Source: a virus. Taken from it: a DNA stretch of 64,000 bases. The notes below the pieces were generated by a model. It saw nothing but the letters and a program-made list of their open reading frames with translations, did not search any database and had not been told where the DNA came from. This document shows positions 56,714 through 64,000 of the stretch, one piece after another (positions within the stretch are counted from its first letter, which is position 1; every line of letters starts with the position of its first letter). The DNA lies in IMG/VR virus record IMGVR_UViG_3300022690_000671, positions 1 through 64,000 of that record. One strand, given 5' to 3'. A program made the translations under genes and the position numbers.

Positions 56714-58967
56714 CCTCGGCGGCTATTTCATTTCCAGTAATAAATGGTTGAAAGTCGATAATATGAACATCCAATTCCCTATCTTCTATACTTCCATATT
56801 CTCTGATAACTCTCATGGGAACTTCCCCTATCTTACCGTCTCTATTCTTCACAATTTGAACGAAATAATCTTCTTTGTTTGGTTCTTGCTCATATGGAAT
56901 TCCTCCTTTCCAAAAGAACCAAGGATAGTAAAGCATTAATACTTGATTGGCGAGTTGCTCTGCTTGGCCGGTGTACCTAAGATCAGAAAGACGGGGCTTG
57001 GGTTCAATTGAGAGCGATGCTCGTTTCTCCACCTCGCGACTTAGCTGAGATATAATAACAACCGGAGCCTTGGTACGTTTAGCTATTTCCTTAATCGAGA
57101 CCAGAGCACGACTGAGTCGTTCCACGGTATTGTCGTGTTTTCCGTGTCCTTTATCAGTACCAACAAGTTCAAGAAAATCGAAAACCACTAAGCCAAGATT
57201 ATGTTGGGCATGAACGGCCAACGATTTAGATAACATATATTGAGGCGTAGGACTAGGTGTCTCATCAATAAATATGTTTGTTTCTTGTTGATAATCATTA
57301 ATAGCGCTGTTTATCCTTTGTTCTTCGGACTTGGTAATTGGGAGACGTGCCTTGGCCCATAACCTGATTCGTTTTGAATCGATTCTTGTCTCTCGACTTA
57401 TTGTTCTAATCATAAGTTGTTCAACCGTCATTTCCGCAGAAAAAAACAGGGCAGCTTTATCGTCTCCTTGAGCAAACCAACGCTTTGTCATCTGTCTAAT
57501 CATCTGCAACACAAAGGCGGTTTTCATTTGCGACGGTCTGGCGGCTATAATTGTTAGTTCGGCCTTTGGTAAACCAATGATTTTATCATCAATCGATACC
57601 CAACCCGTAGGTTCATTCAGATCAAGTTGGCCTCTTTTGGCCGCATCGATAAACACTTTAAATCTTCGCACTGACTCATCAGTATCGGCCATCATGTCCT
57701 CTGCTCCTCTTTGAAGCAGAGTCATAAGACGAGACGCAATGTCTCCAATGAGTATATCAGGCTCTTCCGCTCCTTTACGAGCAATAGCAGTTGACTCGGC
57801 CAGGATTCTACTGGTTTCGCGTAGCATATACGCTTGATTGATCCTTATCGCAAAGAATTTAGCATCTGAGTCTGTAACAATCTTCTCGCCATTGATAACA
57901 AGACGTTTGACAAACTGCGTATCTAGAGCAAAACGTCCATAATCTCCGTGTCGTTTGAGTTCTTCAACGATAAGATCAAACGAAGGCGTTACTCCTGAAA
58001 TCCATAACCGCTGAATCGCTCGAAATATGAGGCGATGTTCCTGAACATAGAACGCCTCGGCCTCTAACCGAAGAAGTAAATCCGCTATGATGACTCTGGT
58101 TTTGTCATACGATCCTATAATATATCCTAGAGCAACACGTTCGGCCTCTTCCGCATCTGTTTGGACCGTTAGTTCAATTTCTTCGGCGGCCATAAACCGA
58201 AGTAGTGTCGGATCTTCCGGCGCATATTTAGACACATTTTCAAGAATTCTATCGACTTCGCCGTCATCAATACCAGGACAACGTAGATTCCGTTCAATCA
58301 ATAGTGCTGCACGTATTGCTTCTTTTGAAAAGAATCCTCTCTGCATCCGACCACCCATGCTGAGAAGATAGCTATTACGAGAACCTTCAGGAACTTCTCC
58401 ATCGACAAGATCAAAGGTTTGACTATGTTTTGAGATCTTAGCCATATCGATCAGCCAGGAAGGCATCTGAGCAAAGTCATTATCGAAAGGGTCTACAATC
58501 CATTCATATTGAGCATCTGTTTTCGAAGGCGCGACAACAATGTATCCGCCATCTGTTCGAATGTCTATACCTGGCGCAATGGTTCGGTTACTGAGTGGCT
58601 CTTTGGGACGAGCAAAACAGTAATGTAGTCCATGTTGTCCTTCTGACGCAACGCCACCCGTACGCTGAACCGGCGTACGATCTAGACGTTGTCCATCATT
58701 GTAGGTATCGAGAAGCCGTTTCATAACACGGTGTCCACCATGCCGAGAATCAATGTCTACGACAACAAAGGTTCCAGTAGCTAATCCCCAGTTGCAGTCA
58801 GGATATTGCTCAAACCATGTGCGAATTTGATCAGAGTCTGTTGTCGCATCTTTATATCCTTTACCTCCATCCTGTCCGGACACCATAGGCACCTTCGATG
58901 ACGGTCCCAATGGAAAAACGGGGAATCCGTGTTCTGCGTATTTGAGAATCAGGTCAAGGTCTGACAT
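56697..58967 (-). CDS. bifunctional primase-polymerase + PriCT + DnaB-like helicase
   Basis: NWGLATG, VVDID, GLHY, DIRTDGGYIVVAPS; EGSRN; AARPSQMKT, FSAEM, VFDFL, SQLSR, DLRYTGQAEQ, KNRDG. Confidence 0.93.
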   Translation of the reverse strand: MSDLDLILKYAEHGFPVFPLGPSSKVPMVSGQDGGKGYKDATTDSDQIRTWFEQYPDCNWGLATGTFVVVDIDSRHGGHRVMKRLLDTYNDGQRLDRTPVQRTGGVASEGQHGLHYCFARPKEPLSNRTIAPGIDIRTDGGYIVVAPSKTDAQYEWIVDPFDNDFAQMPSWLIDMAKISKHSQTFDLVDGEVPEGSRNSYLLSMGGRMQRGFFSKEAIRAALLIERNLRCPGIDDGEVDRILENVSKYAPEDPTLLRFMAAEEIELTVQTDAEEAERVALGYIIGSYDKTRVIIADLLLRLEAEAFYVQEHRLIFRAIQRLWISGVTPSFDLIVEELKRHGDYGRFALDTQFVKRLVINGEKIVTDSDAKFFAIRINQAYMLRETSRILAESTAIARKGAEEPDILIGDIASRLMTLLQRGAEDMMADTDESVRRFKVFIDAAKRGQLDLNEPTGWVSIDDKIIGLPKAELTIIAARPSQMKTAFVLQMIRQMTKRWFAQGDDKAALFFSAEMTVEQLMIRTISRETRIDSKRIRLWAKARLPITKSEEQRINSAINDYQQETNIFIDETPSPTPQYMLSKSLAVHAQHNLGLVVFDFLELVGTDKGHGKHDNTVERLSRALVSIKEIAKRTKAPVVIISQLSREVEKRASLSIEPKPRLSDLRYTGQAEQLANQVLMLYYPWFFWKGGIPYEQEPNKEDYFVQIVKNRDGKIGEVPMRVIREYGSIEDRELDVHIIDFQPFITGNEIAAEDATAS

Positions 58968-58975
58968 TAAGCTCT

Positions 58976-59152
58976 CTATTTAGGATCGAATCCGTGTCTT
59001 ACGTATGGGGACCCCGTTTGTTCAATGCGCCGTTTTAATTCGCTTCGAGCTTCTTTCTCGGTCCCTTCGAAAATTCCAATATGGTGTCTTTTAAAAAAAA
59101 GAACATCCTCCACCCAAAACGTCCACTGTCTAGATACATCTTCGAATTTCAT
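58976..59152 (-). CDS. small hypothetical protein
   Basis: Start re-assigned to MKFEDVS after the ligase stop. Confidence 0.45.
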   Translation of the reverse strand: MKFEDVSRQWTFWVEDVLFFKRHHIGIFEGTEKEARSELKRRIEQTGSPYVRHGFDPK

Positions 59153-59156
59153 GTCA

Positions 59157-59792
59157 TCATGTCCGTTTAGGAAAATCCTTGCACTTGACCTTAGTGATGA
59201 CACGATTTCCGCGCCGATCAAGCAATTCAACATCAGGCCGAGCCACAATTCCTTCAGCTTCAAAATCGCCCCACTGGGAATCAAATCCGTATCGACACAT
59301 TGCAACGGCGTCAAGTAACGTTCCTTCTCCAATAATGGGAACCGTATCAATGTTGAGTCGATTCGCAATGTCTTCAACTAATTCGCGTATTAGCCAATTG
59401 CCCTCCATTCTGATATCAAAAAGAACGAAGTCGACATAATCGTTGTAATTGCCACCACCCTTTTGAATTTTCGGACCATAGCCTTCACCATACAAAATTA
59501 CTTCTTTGTCTTCTCCGTCGAAATACTCTTCAAAATAATCCTTAATTCCTGATGCAATCTCTACAAGGCGATGCAAAAGGAAAGGCGGAATTTGAGCTTT
59601 ATCCGTTCTTCCATGTATCCCACCGTCACCATAAATGCGAATATTAGTCCCATCCACCTTCTCAGTGAAAATCCATCTGTTCAATGCCAGATAACGAAAA
59701 GCGTCGGTCGTCCACTCATTTTCAAGGAACGTCTTGTAATTATTACTCGAGTCTCTTAAACAGACGCTTTGGATTTTATGGTATGTGCTCAT
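59157..59792 (-). CDS. RNA ligase (Rnl2-like nucleotidyltransferase)
   Basis: Motifs I EKVDGTN, III LYGEGYG, IIIa FVLFDI, IV EGIVAR, V KVK; start MSTYHKI. Confidence 0.9.
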   Translation of the reverse strand: MSTYHKIQSVCLRDSSNNYKTFLENEWTTDAFRYLALNRWIFTEKVDGTNIRIYGDGGIHGRTDKAQIPPFLLHRLVEIASGIKDYFEEYFDGEDKEVILYGEGYGPKIQKGGGNYNDYVDFVLFDIRMEGNWLIRELVEDIANRLNIDTVPIIGEGTLLDAVAMCRYGFDSQWGDFEAEGIVARPDVELLDRRGNRVITKVKCKDFPKRT

Positions 59793-59995
59793 GACGCCTC
59801 CACTATTTCGAATTCCCAAATACCGTGATCGCCGTCCCAGGCTTTGTCCCAAGCTCGTTCCGCTTCAGCTATGGTATCAAACGTCTCAACCTCAAAGAAG
59901 TCATTTTCCAGATAACCATAGCCACCATCGAAACATCCTAGCGAATCAATGCCGGTACAATCAGGGCAGGTGATTTTAACAACATACTTTCTCAT
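59789..59995 (-). CDS. hypothetical protein
   Basis: 68 aa, coupled overlaps. Confidence 0.6.
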   Translation of the reverse strand: MRKYVVKITCPDCTGIDSLGCFDGGYGYLENDFFEVETFDTIAEAERAWDKAWDGDHGIWEFEIVEAS

Positions 59996-60837
59996 TCGAA
60001 TGTCCCCGGTTGTGTTTTGCGTTTGTCTTTAGTGGCTGAAGTTTTCTTGAACTTCCGATACCCATTCACCATCTTATCGAAGGTCGTGAGGCGTTCCGGA
60101 TTATCTTGTACGGGTCGACGCCTCCTTAAGTTTCCAAAAGAATTTATATTTGCTCTTTCAATCCAGAAATTATCCTTGTACATGATGAAACGTAAAACGG
60201 CTGCGATCTCTTTCTCTGAATATAAATCAATCCTATTAATGTCATCAAAAACCTTAGCCCAGATTTGGATCAATTCGTCATCCTTGAACTTTCTCAGCGA
60301 TGGACTAAGAATGTTTTTACTACGGAAAAATCTGAGCCCTGTTACGGCGAGTTCATATTGCCACGAACCAGGATTGAATCCTTTATTTTTTTTAGTATTC
60401 TTAGTCAGGTTATTGGTCCGTTCTTCAGGACCAATAACGGATGATTTTGTCTTTTCGTCTGTTCCGAAATTCGGACTTGGACCTATGTTATTCTTTTTAA
60501 CTCTTATATATAAGGCATCAATTAGAAGTTTTAGATGAGCCTGAGTCCGAATTCCTACACCAAAAATGTTTGTAGGGGTTAGAGAATCTACGTTCAAAAC
60601 GGGCAAATCTGCGATGATTAAATCGTTGTCTCGAAGCCTCACATATCCTAACTCAGCCAATCGTTTTAGGGACGAATCTATCTTCACTCTACCGCAGTTC
60701 ATATGATCGATTAAGAACCCTCTGGTGACATCAACGCTTTCCGGTTGCGATAGGGCGAAAGTCATCAGACCTATGTCCTCTGGCTGAAGTCGGGAGTCCT
60801 GACAAAACTTCTTGACGGTTAAGCGCATTGATGGCAT
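59992..60837 (-). CDS. putative replication initiator (winged HTH + linker + helical C-terminal domain)
   Basis: QDSRL....GL....LS.P...G...I...LK.L.ELGYV; T/K/N-rich linker; W...FD...RID...FW...I.S...LR. Confidence 0.65.
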   Translation of the reverse strand: MPSMRLTVKKFCQDSRLQPEDIGLMTFALSQPESVDVTRGFLIDHMNCGRVKIDSSLKRLAELGYVRLRDNDLIIADLPVLNVDSLTPTNIFGVGIRTQAHLKLLIDALYIRVKKNNIGPSPNFGTDEKTKSSVIGPEERTNNLTKNTKKNKGFNPGSWQYELAVTGLRFFRSKNILSPSLRKFKDDELIQIWAKVFDDINRIDLYSEKEIAAVLRFIMYKDNFWIERANINSFGNLRRRRPVQDNPERLTTFDKMVNGYRKFKKTSATKDKRKTQPGTFE

Positions 60838-61171
60838 TTGCTACCCCCTTTCGGTCGTGTTTAAATGCTGAAAACAGCATACCCAGTAACAGGTTTCGAT
60901 TCATTGGAACCTGGTCTCTCCACTCCATAACGATAACACTGGAACTTTTCTCAACGTGTGATATATAGCCCATGTTATGGAGTATGTGTATCAATTCATA
61001 GGTACTCAGACGTTTCATCTGAGATATTGTTACAGCGTACTTGGCATTCATTTAATTATTACCAGGTTGAGTTCTGAAAGGTTCCCTGCCGCAAGATATT
61101 TTTTTAGACTGAGTTTTCTGCGTATACTATATATGCCACTCAACCTCCTGTTCTCCCGTGGCGTTTCTCCC

Positions 61172-61215
61172 TACAAAGAGCGACCCCGACGATGGCGCTG
61201 GGGTCGCTTTTTGTA
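61172..61215. terminator. long, probably bidirectional terminator hairpin
   Basis: TACAAAGAGCGACCCC / GGGGTCGCTTTTTGTA 16-bp stem with one G-U. Confidence 0.75.
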
Positions 61216-61659
61216 TTAAAACATTTCTGTGAGTGCTCGGCGGACGTGTCGAGCAATCATTGTTAATTTTAGATTTTCGTCTTCTATATCTTTAATTCCA
61301 GAGAGAATATCTAGCGAAATATCTTTTGCTATAAGAACAACGAGTTCGCGTTCAGCCATTTGTCAGATACGTTTTTGTGCAACCATTTTGTCATAAATAT
61401 CTATCTCTTTATCTGGTGGATATTTTATTATTGTTCCCGTCTTAGACATAGGTTTCACCGTCGTTTATGTGAGTGGTCATATTGACCTATGATTTCTATA
61501 GTAGAGAAATCAGCGTTTCTGCCATCATCCAGGTTAATGTCGCCCCTACCTGGCCCACCGCGTTTGTTGTAATCTGTAGCGTTATATCGTGTGCTATTTA
61601 TCACCTTTAATACGAGCCACTGACTTTTTTTGTTTCGGACTTTTAATTTTATGATTGTA

Positions 61660-61992
61660 TTATTCGTGACTAAATTTCTCATCATTTTGGTCATCATATA
61701 TAGTCGAAAATATATAATTTTTCTTTTTGTAATTAAGTGGTCCGTCATCTGGATCATAATATATAGCCGAAAATCCCCGGACTCTAAATGGAAGATAAAA
61801 GAAGCGTAAGTCGTTGTGTCTGAACCACTCCTTCATGCGTTCAGGCATTAACGTCCAAAGGCGTCGACGCCAACAACACTTGTTGGTATAGGTACTTTCT
61901 CGACAACACCAACCGCACCAGGTTCTCGTGATTGTGGTTTCGGTGTCTGATGTTATAGCTTGTAACTTTACGAGCATTGTTTTATAGGTCAA
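61660..61992 (-). CDS. hypothetical protein
   Basis: 110 aa, overlaps neighbours. Confidence 0.5.
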   Translation of the reverse strand: MTYKTMLVKLQAITSDTETTITRTWCGWCCRESTYTNKCCWRRRLWTLMPERMKEWFRHNDLRFFYLPFRVRGFSAIYYDPDDGPLNYKKKNYIFSTIYDDQNDEKFSHE

Positions 61993-62314
61993 GAAGTTCC
62001 AAGAGACGCCTCAAGATCCGAAAGTTATACAACTTACGTCCTCGGACGACTGAATCAGAAAGCACTTGCTGAACGGTTTTGGGCTTGTACCCAAGTCGAA
62101 TAGAAAGTTCCGACCAGATAAGTTTCTTATCTTTTATTCTTTGTTTGGCCCGTTCTCTATCCGTTAGGAATTGTTTCCTCTGATGAAGCTGTTGGATCTC
62201 GTTTGGTCTCAACAGGTTGAACAGTTCCATCTTCTGTTGGATGCTTTTTCTCGTTATCATTGGGTCTATACATTTGTCTAATCTTCTTAACCAGGGAAGG
62301 ACTTGATGCGGCAC
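61982..62314 (-). CDS. putative HTH DNA-binding protein
   Basis: WSELSIRLGYKPKTVQQVLS. Confidence 0.55.
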   Translation of the reverse strand: MPHQVLPWLRRLDKCIDPMITRKSIQQKMELFNLLRPNEIQQLHQRKQFLTDRERAKQRIKDKKLIWSELSIRLGYKPKTVQQVLSDSVVRGRKLYNFRILRRLLELLDL

Positions 62315-62849
62315 CTAACGCATCTATTTGTTCTCGATACTTCGTAGGTAGATCTTGTGCTTCTCCCATTAGCTTCGATAAGAAGTTAAAGGCCACAATT
62401 AGTTGCTGATGTGCCATATTGAATCTAGGATCCTTTACACTGCGTACCGTGGGATCTGTGATAGTGATAAGCTTTATTATTTCTACCATTGGCACAGCGC
62501 CCCGCTTGACTTGCTGAGAGCGTTCGCCCATCTTTCGGGGAAATACAGTACCTTCATCAGAGTACCATACCCTTACAATGGAAATAGTAAATCTCCACCT
62601 AAACGGGAAAGGATAAACGTCAACGTCTTTTTCTACGACCACTCTTCCTCGTCTCTTTGCTGCGTTGAGTACTTCGCCCATCGCCCTTTTGAGGTTCCGA
62701 GGATCGATGTACTGGACGAGCATTTTCTGTGGAGGAATTACTCTTACGTTGGTTGTTTGAATCTGTACCGTCTCCTCCTTCGGGGGTTTTGCCGTTTCCC
62801 GTACGTCTAACGTAGTCTTTGATGAAGAGGCGCGTTTTGTCGAACCCAT
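62157..62849 (-). CDS. hypothetical protein (start uncertain)
   Basis: 230-aa ORF overlapping neighbours. Confidence 0.5.
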   Translation of the reverse strand: MGSTKRASSSKTTLDVRETAKPPKEETVQIQTTNVRVIPPQKMLVQYIDPRNLKRAMGEVLNAAKRRGRVVVEKDVDVYPFPFRWRFTISIVRVWYSDEGTVFPRKMGERSQQVKRGAVPMVEIIKLITITDPTVRSVKDPRFNMAHQQLIVAFNFLSKLMGEAQDLPTKYREQIDALGAASSPSLVKKIRQMYRPNDNEKKHPTEDGTVQPVETKRDPTASSEETIPNG

Positions 62850-63237
62850 AGCCTTGTCCGTTGAAGATGATTGCTGAGGTAAATCCGTTGGTCTCCATTT
62901 GCCTGATTACTTCATCAGGGAAATCCAGTCCTGGGACATTTGGATAATCTTTTCGTATATCGATAATATGTTTCTTCTTTCCTCGAATAAACATGAGAGA
63001 AGAAGGATTTTGCTGTGTCTCCGCTGTATATTGATTATCACCATCTTGAATTGTTATCTTAATGATGTCGTAGAACTGAATGTAGATAACTTCAGGAGGG
63101 GTTGGAACCTCATAAGGGTTTCTAGATTTTACCCTATATTGTGCGTTCTCTGTATAGGTAAGTCTCCCATCTTCTGCAATGGTGGGTTTACCCATCGAGA
63201 CCCAAATCTCCCTCCACGGTTCCTTGATCACCTTCAT
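62620..63237 (-). CDS. hypothetical protein
   Basis: 205 aa, AAGGA upstream. Confidence 0.55.
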   Translation of the reverse strand: MKVIKEPWREIWVSMGKPTIAEDGRLTYTENAQYRVKSRNPYEVPTPPEVIYIQFYDIIKITIQDGDNQYTAETQQNPSSLMFIRGKKKHIIDIRKDYPNVPGLDFPDEVIRQMETNGFTSAIIFNGQGYGFDKTRLFIKDYVRRTGNGKTPEGGDGTDSNNQRKSNSSTENARPVHRSSEPQKGDGRSTQRSKETRKSGRRKRR

Positions 63238-63838
63238 TGTTTATTCCTTTATTTATTTTATTAGCAAAATCTATTATGATAGCGTTATATACTGAAAGGT
63301 GGGTTCGTATGGCATCTTTCATGGCGTGAACTATACCGCTAATTATATTCAGAGAAGAGTATATTGAACTAGGAGGCGTGTCTCCACCCTCAAGGATAGC
63401 CATTGTTCTGGGGTCATTATGAAGAAAGTGATGTACTACAGCATATGCAGCCATTATCTCCTCCGTGTGTCCTTCCATAGCACGAAGATGGGTCAACGCT
63501 TGTTGAAGATGGGTATGAATGATCGGGTAAACATCAATTCCCGGCGGAAGAGAGTCAATTATTATGTTAATAAATGAGATATTTTCTTGGCCCGTAGCTA
63601 TAAGAAATCTCTTTGCTGCCTCCATCATATCTTCTTGGGCATTTTTTTGTTCGTCAGATATAGACGGCTGTTGAGGTTCAGAATCTCCTGTAAGTTCTTC
63701 GTCCAAATTAGATTGAAACGATTCTTTTTCATTGAGATTGTCCAGAAATCTTTGTATATATCCTGGATCATGTTCAGATTGTTTATTATCTTTTGGTCTT
63801 TCCTCTTCTTCCTCTGGAAAAGTGTCTTGGTCGCTCAT
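63188..63838 (-). CDS. hypothetical protein, acidic N-terminus
   Basis: 216-aa ORF. Confidence 0.6.
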   Translation of the reverse strand: MSDQDTFPEEEEERPKDNKQSEHDPGYIQRFLDNLNEKESFQSNLDEELTGDSEPQQPSISDEQKNAQEDMMEAAKRFLIATGQENISFINIIIDSLPPGIDVYPIIHTHLQQALTHLRAMEGHTEEIMAAYAVVHHFLHNDPRTMAILEGGDTPPSSIYSSLNIISGIVHAMKDAIRTHLSVYNAIIIDFANKINKGINNEGDQGTVEGDLGLDG

Positions 63839-64000
63839 GATTAAATTCGTTGTACGTGCATGAATGTAGTGTGAACATCAGCAGCAAATGAAATGAGGGC
63901 GTCAAGATCCTTATAGGCCAGGAATAGTGCATCTTTCGCCCCACCTTCTTCCACGTCCTCATCGAATGGTGCCTCGGCTCTGAGTCTAGCCAATTGGTCA

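Noticed and set aside
61105-61149. 11-codon leader peptide after AGGAGG on the - strand, upstream of the replication genes
   Set aside because: Too short to support; no attenuator logic evident
1-64000. tRNA genes, integrase/att site, tape measure protein
   Set aside because: None recognised by eye; tRNAscan-SE and HMM searches would be needed to be certain

Overview
The window is a large part (probably most) of a tailed dsDNA phage genome with podovirus-like organisation. The + strand (529-37707) carries a late/structural block: terminase subunits, portal, scaffold, HK97-fold capsid, decoration and fibre genes, adaptor paralogs, a tail nozzle and three putative ejected proteins including a 3350-aa polyvalent protein. 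It converges at about 37.7-38.0 kb on a - strand early/replication block: intein-containing PolB, primase-polymerase/DnaB fusion, SSB, resolvase, exonuclease, dNMP kinase, HD, DHH and MazG enzymes, RNA ligase and an Ntn-hydrolase. No tape measure, integrase, reverse transcriptase, tRNA or CRISPR array was recognised. The SSB, FmdB-like and PolB genes look cellular, recalling Rhodothermota (from memory, not searched). Best candidate for a new system: two domains linked to ADP-ribose/NAD processing are each fused to a core replication enzyme 3.3 kb apart (NADAR-like on the exonuclease, YspA/DUF2493-type SLOG on PolB), suggesting replisome-tethered removal of DNA ADP-ribosylation. Other highlights: a CmoA-like SAM domain plus a GNAT domain in the giant virion protein; a Cys-bracketed adaptor family carrying 0, 1 or 2 beta-propellers; an unannotated -1 frameshift gene between 15-bp direct repeats; an amber-interrupted membrane gene; a 48-nt diverged copy of giant-gene sequence at the convergence point; a GNA-triloop hairpin cluster; and probably leaderless late mRNAs. 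All family assignments come from motif reading by eye; no database search was run.
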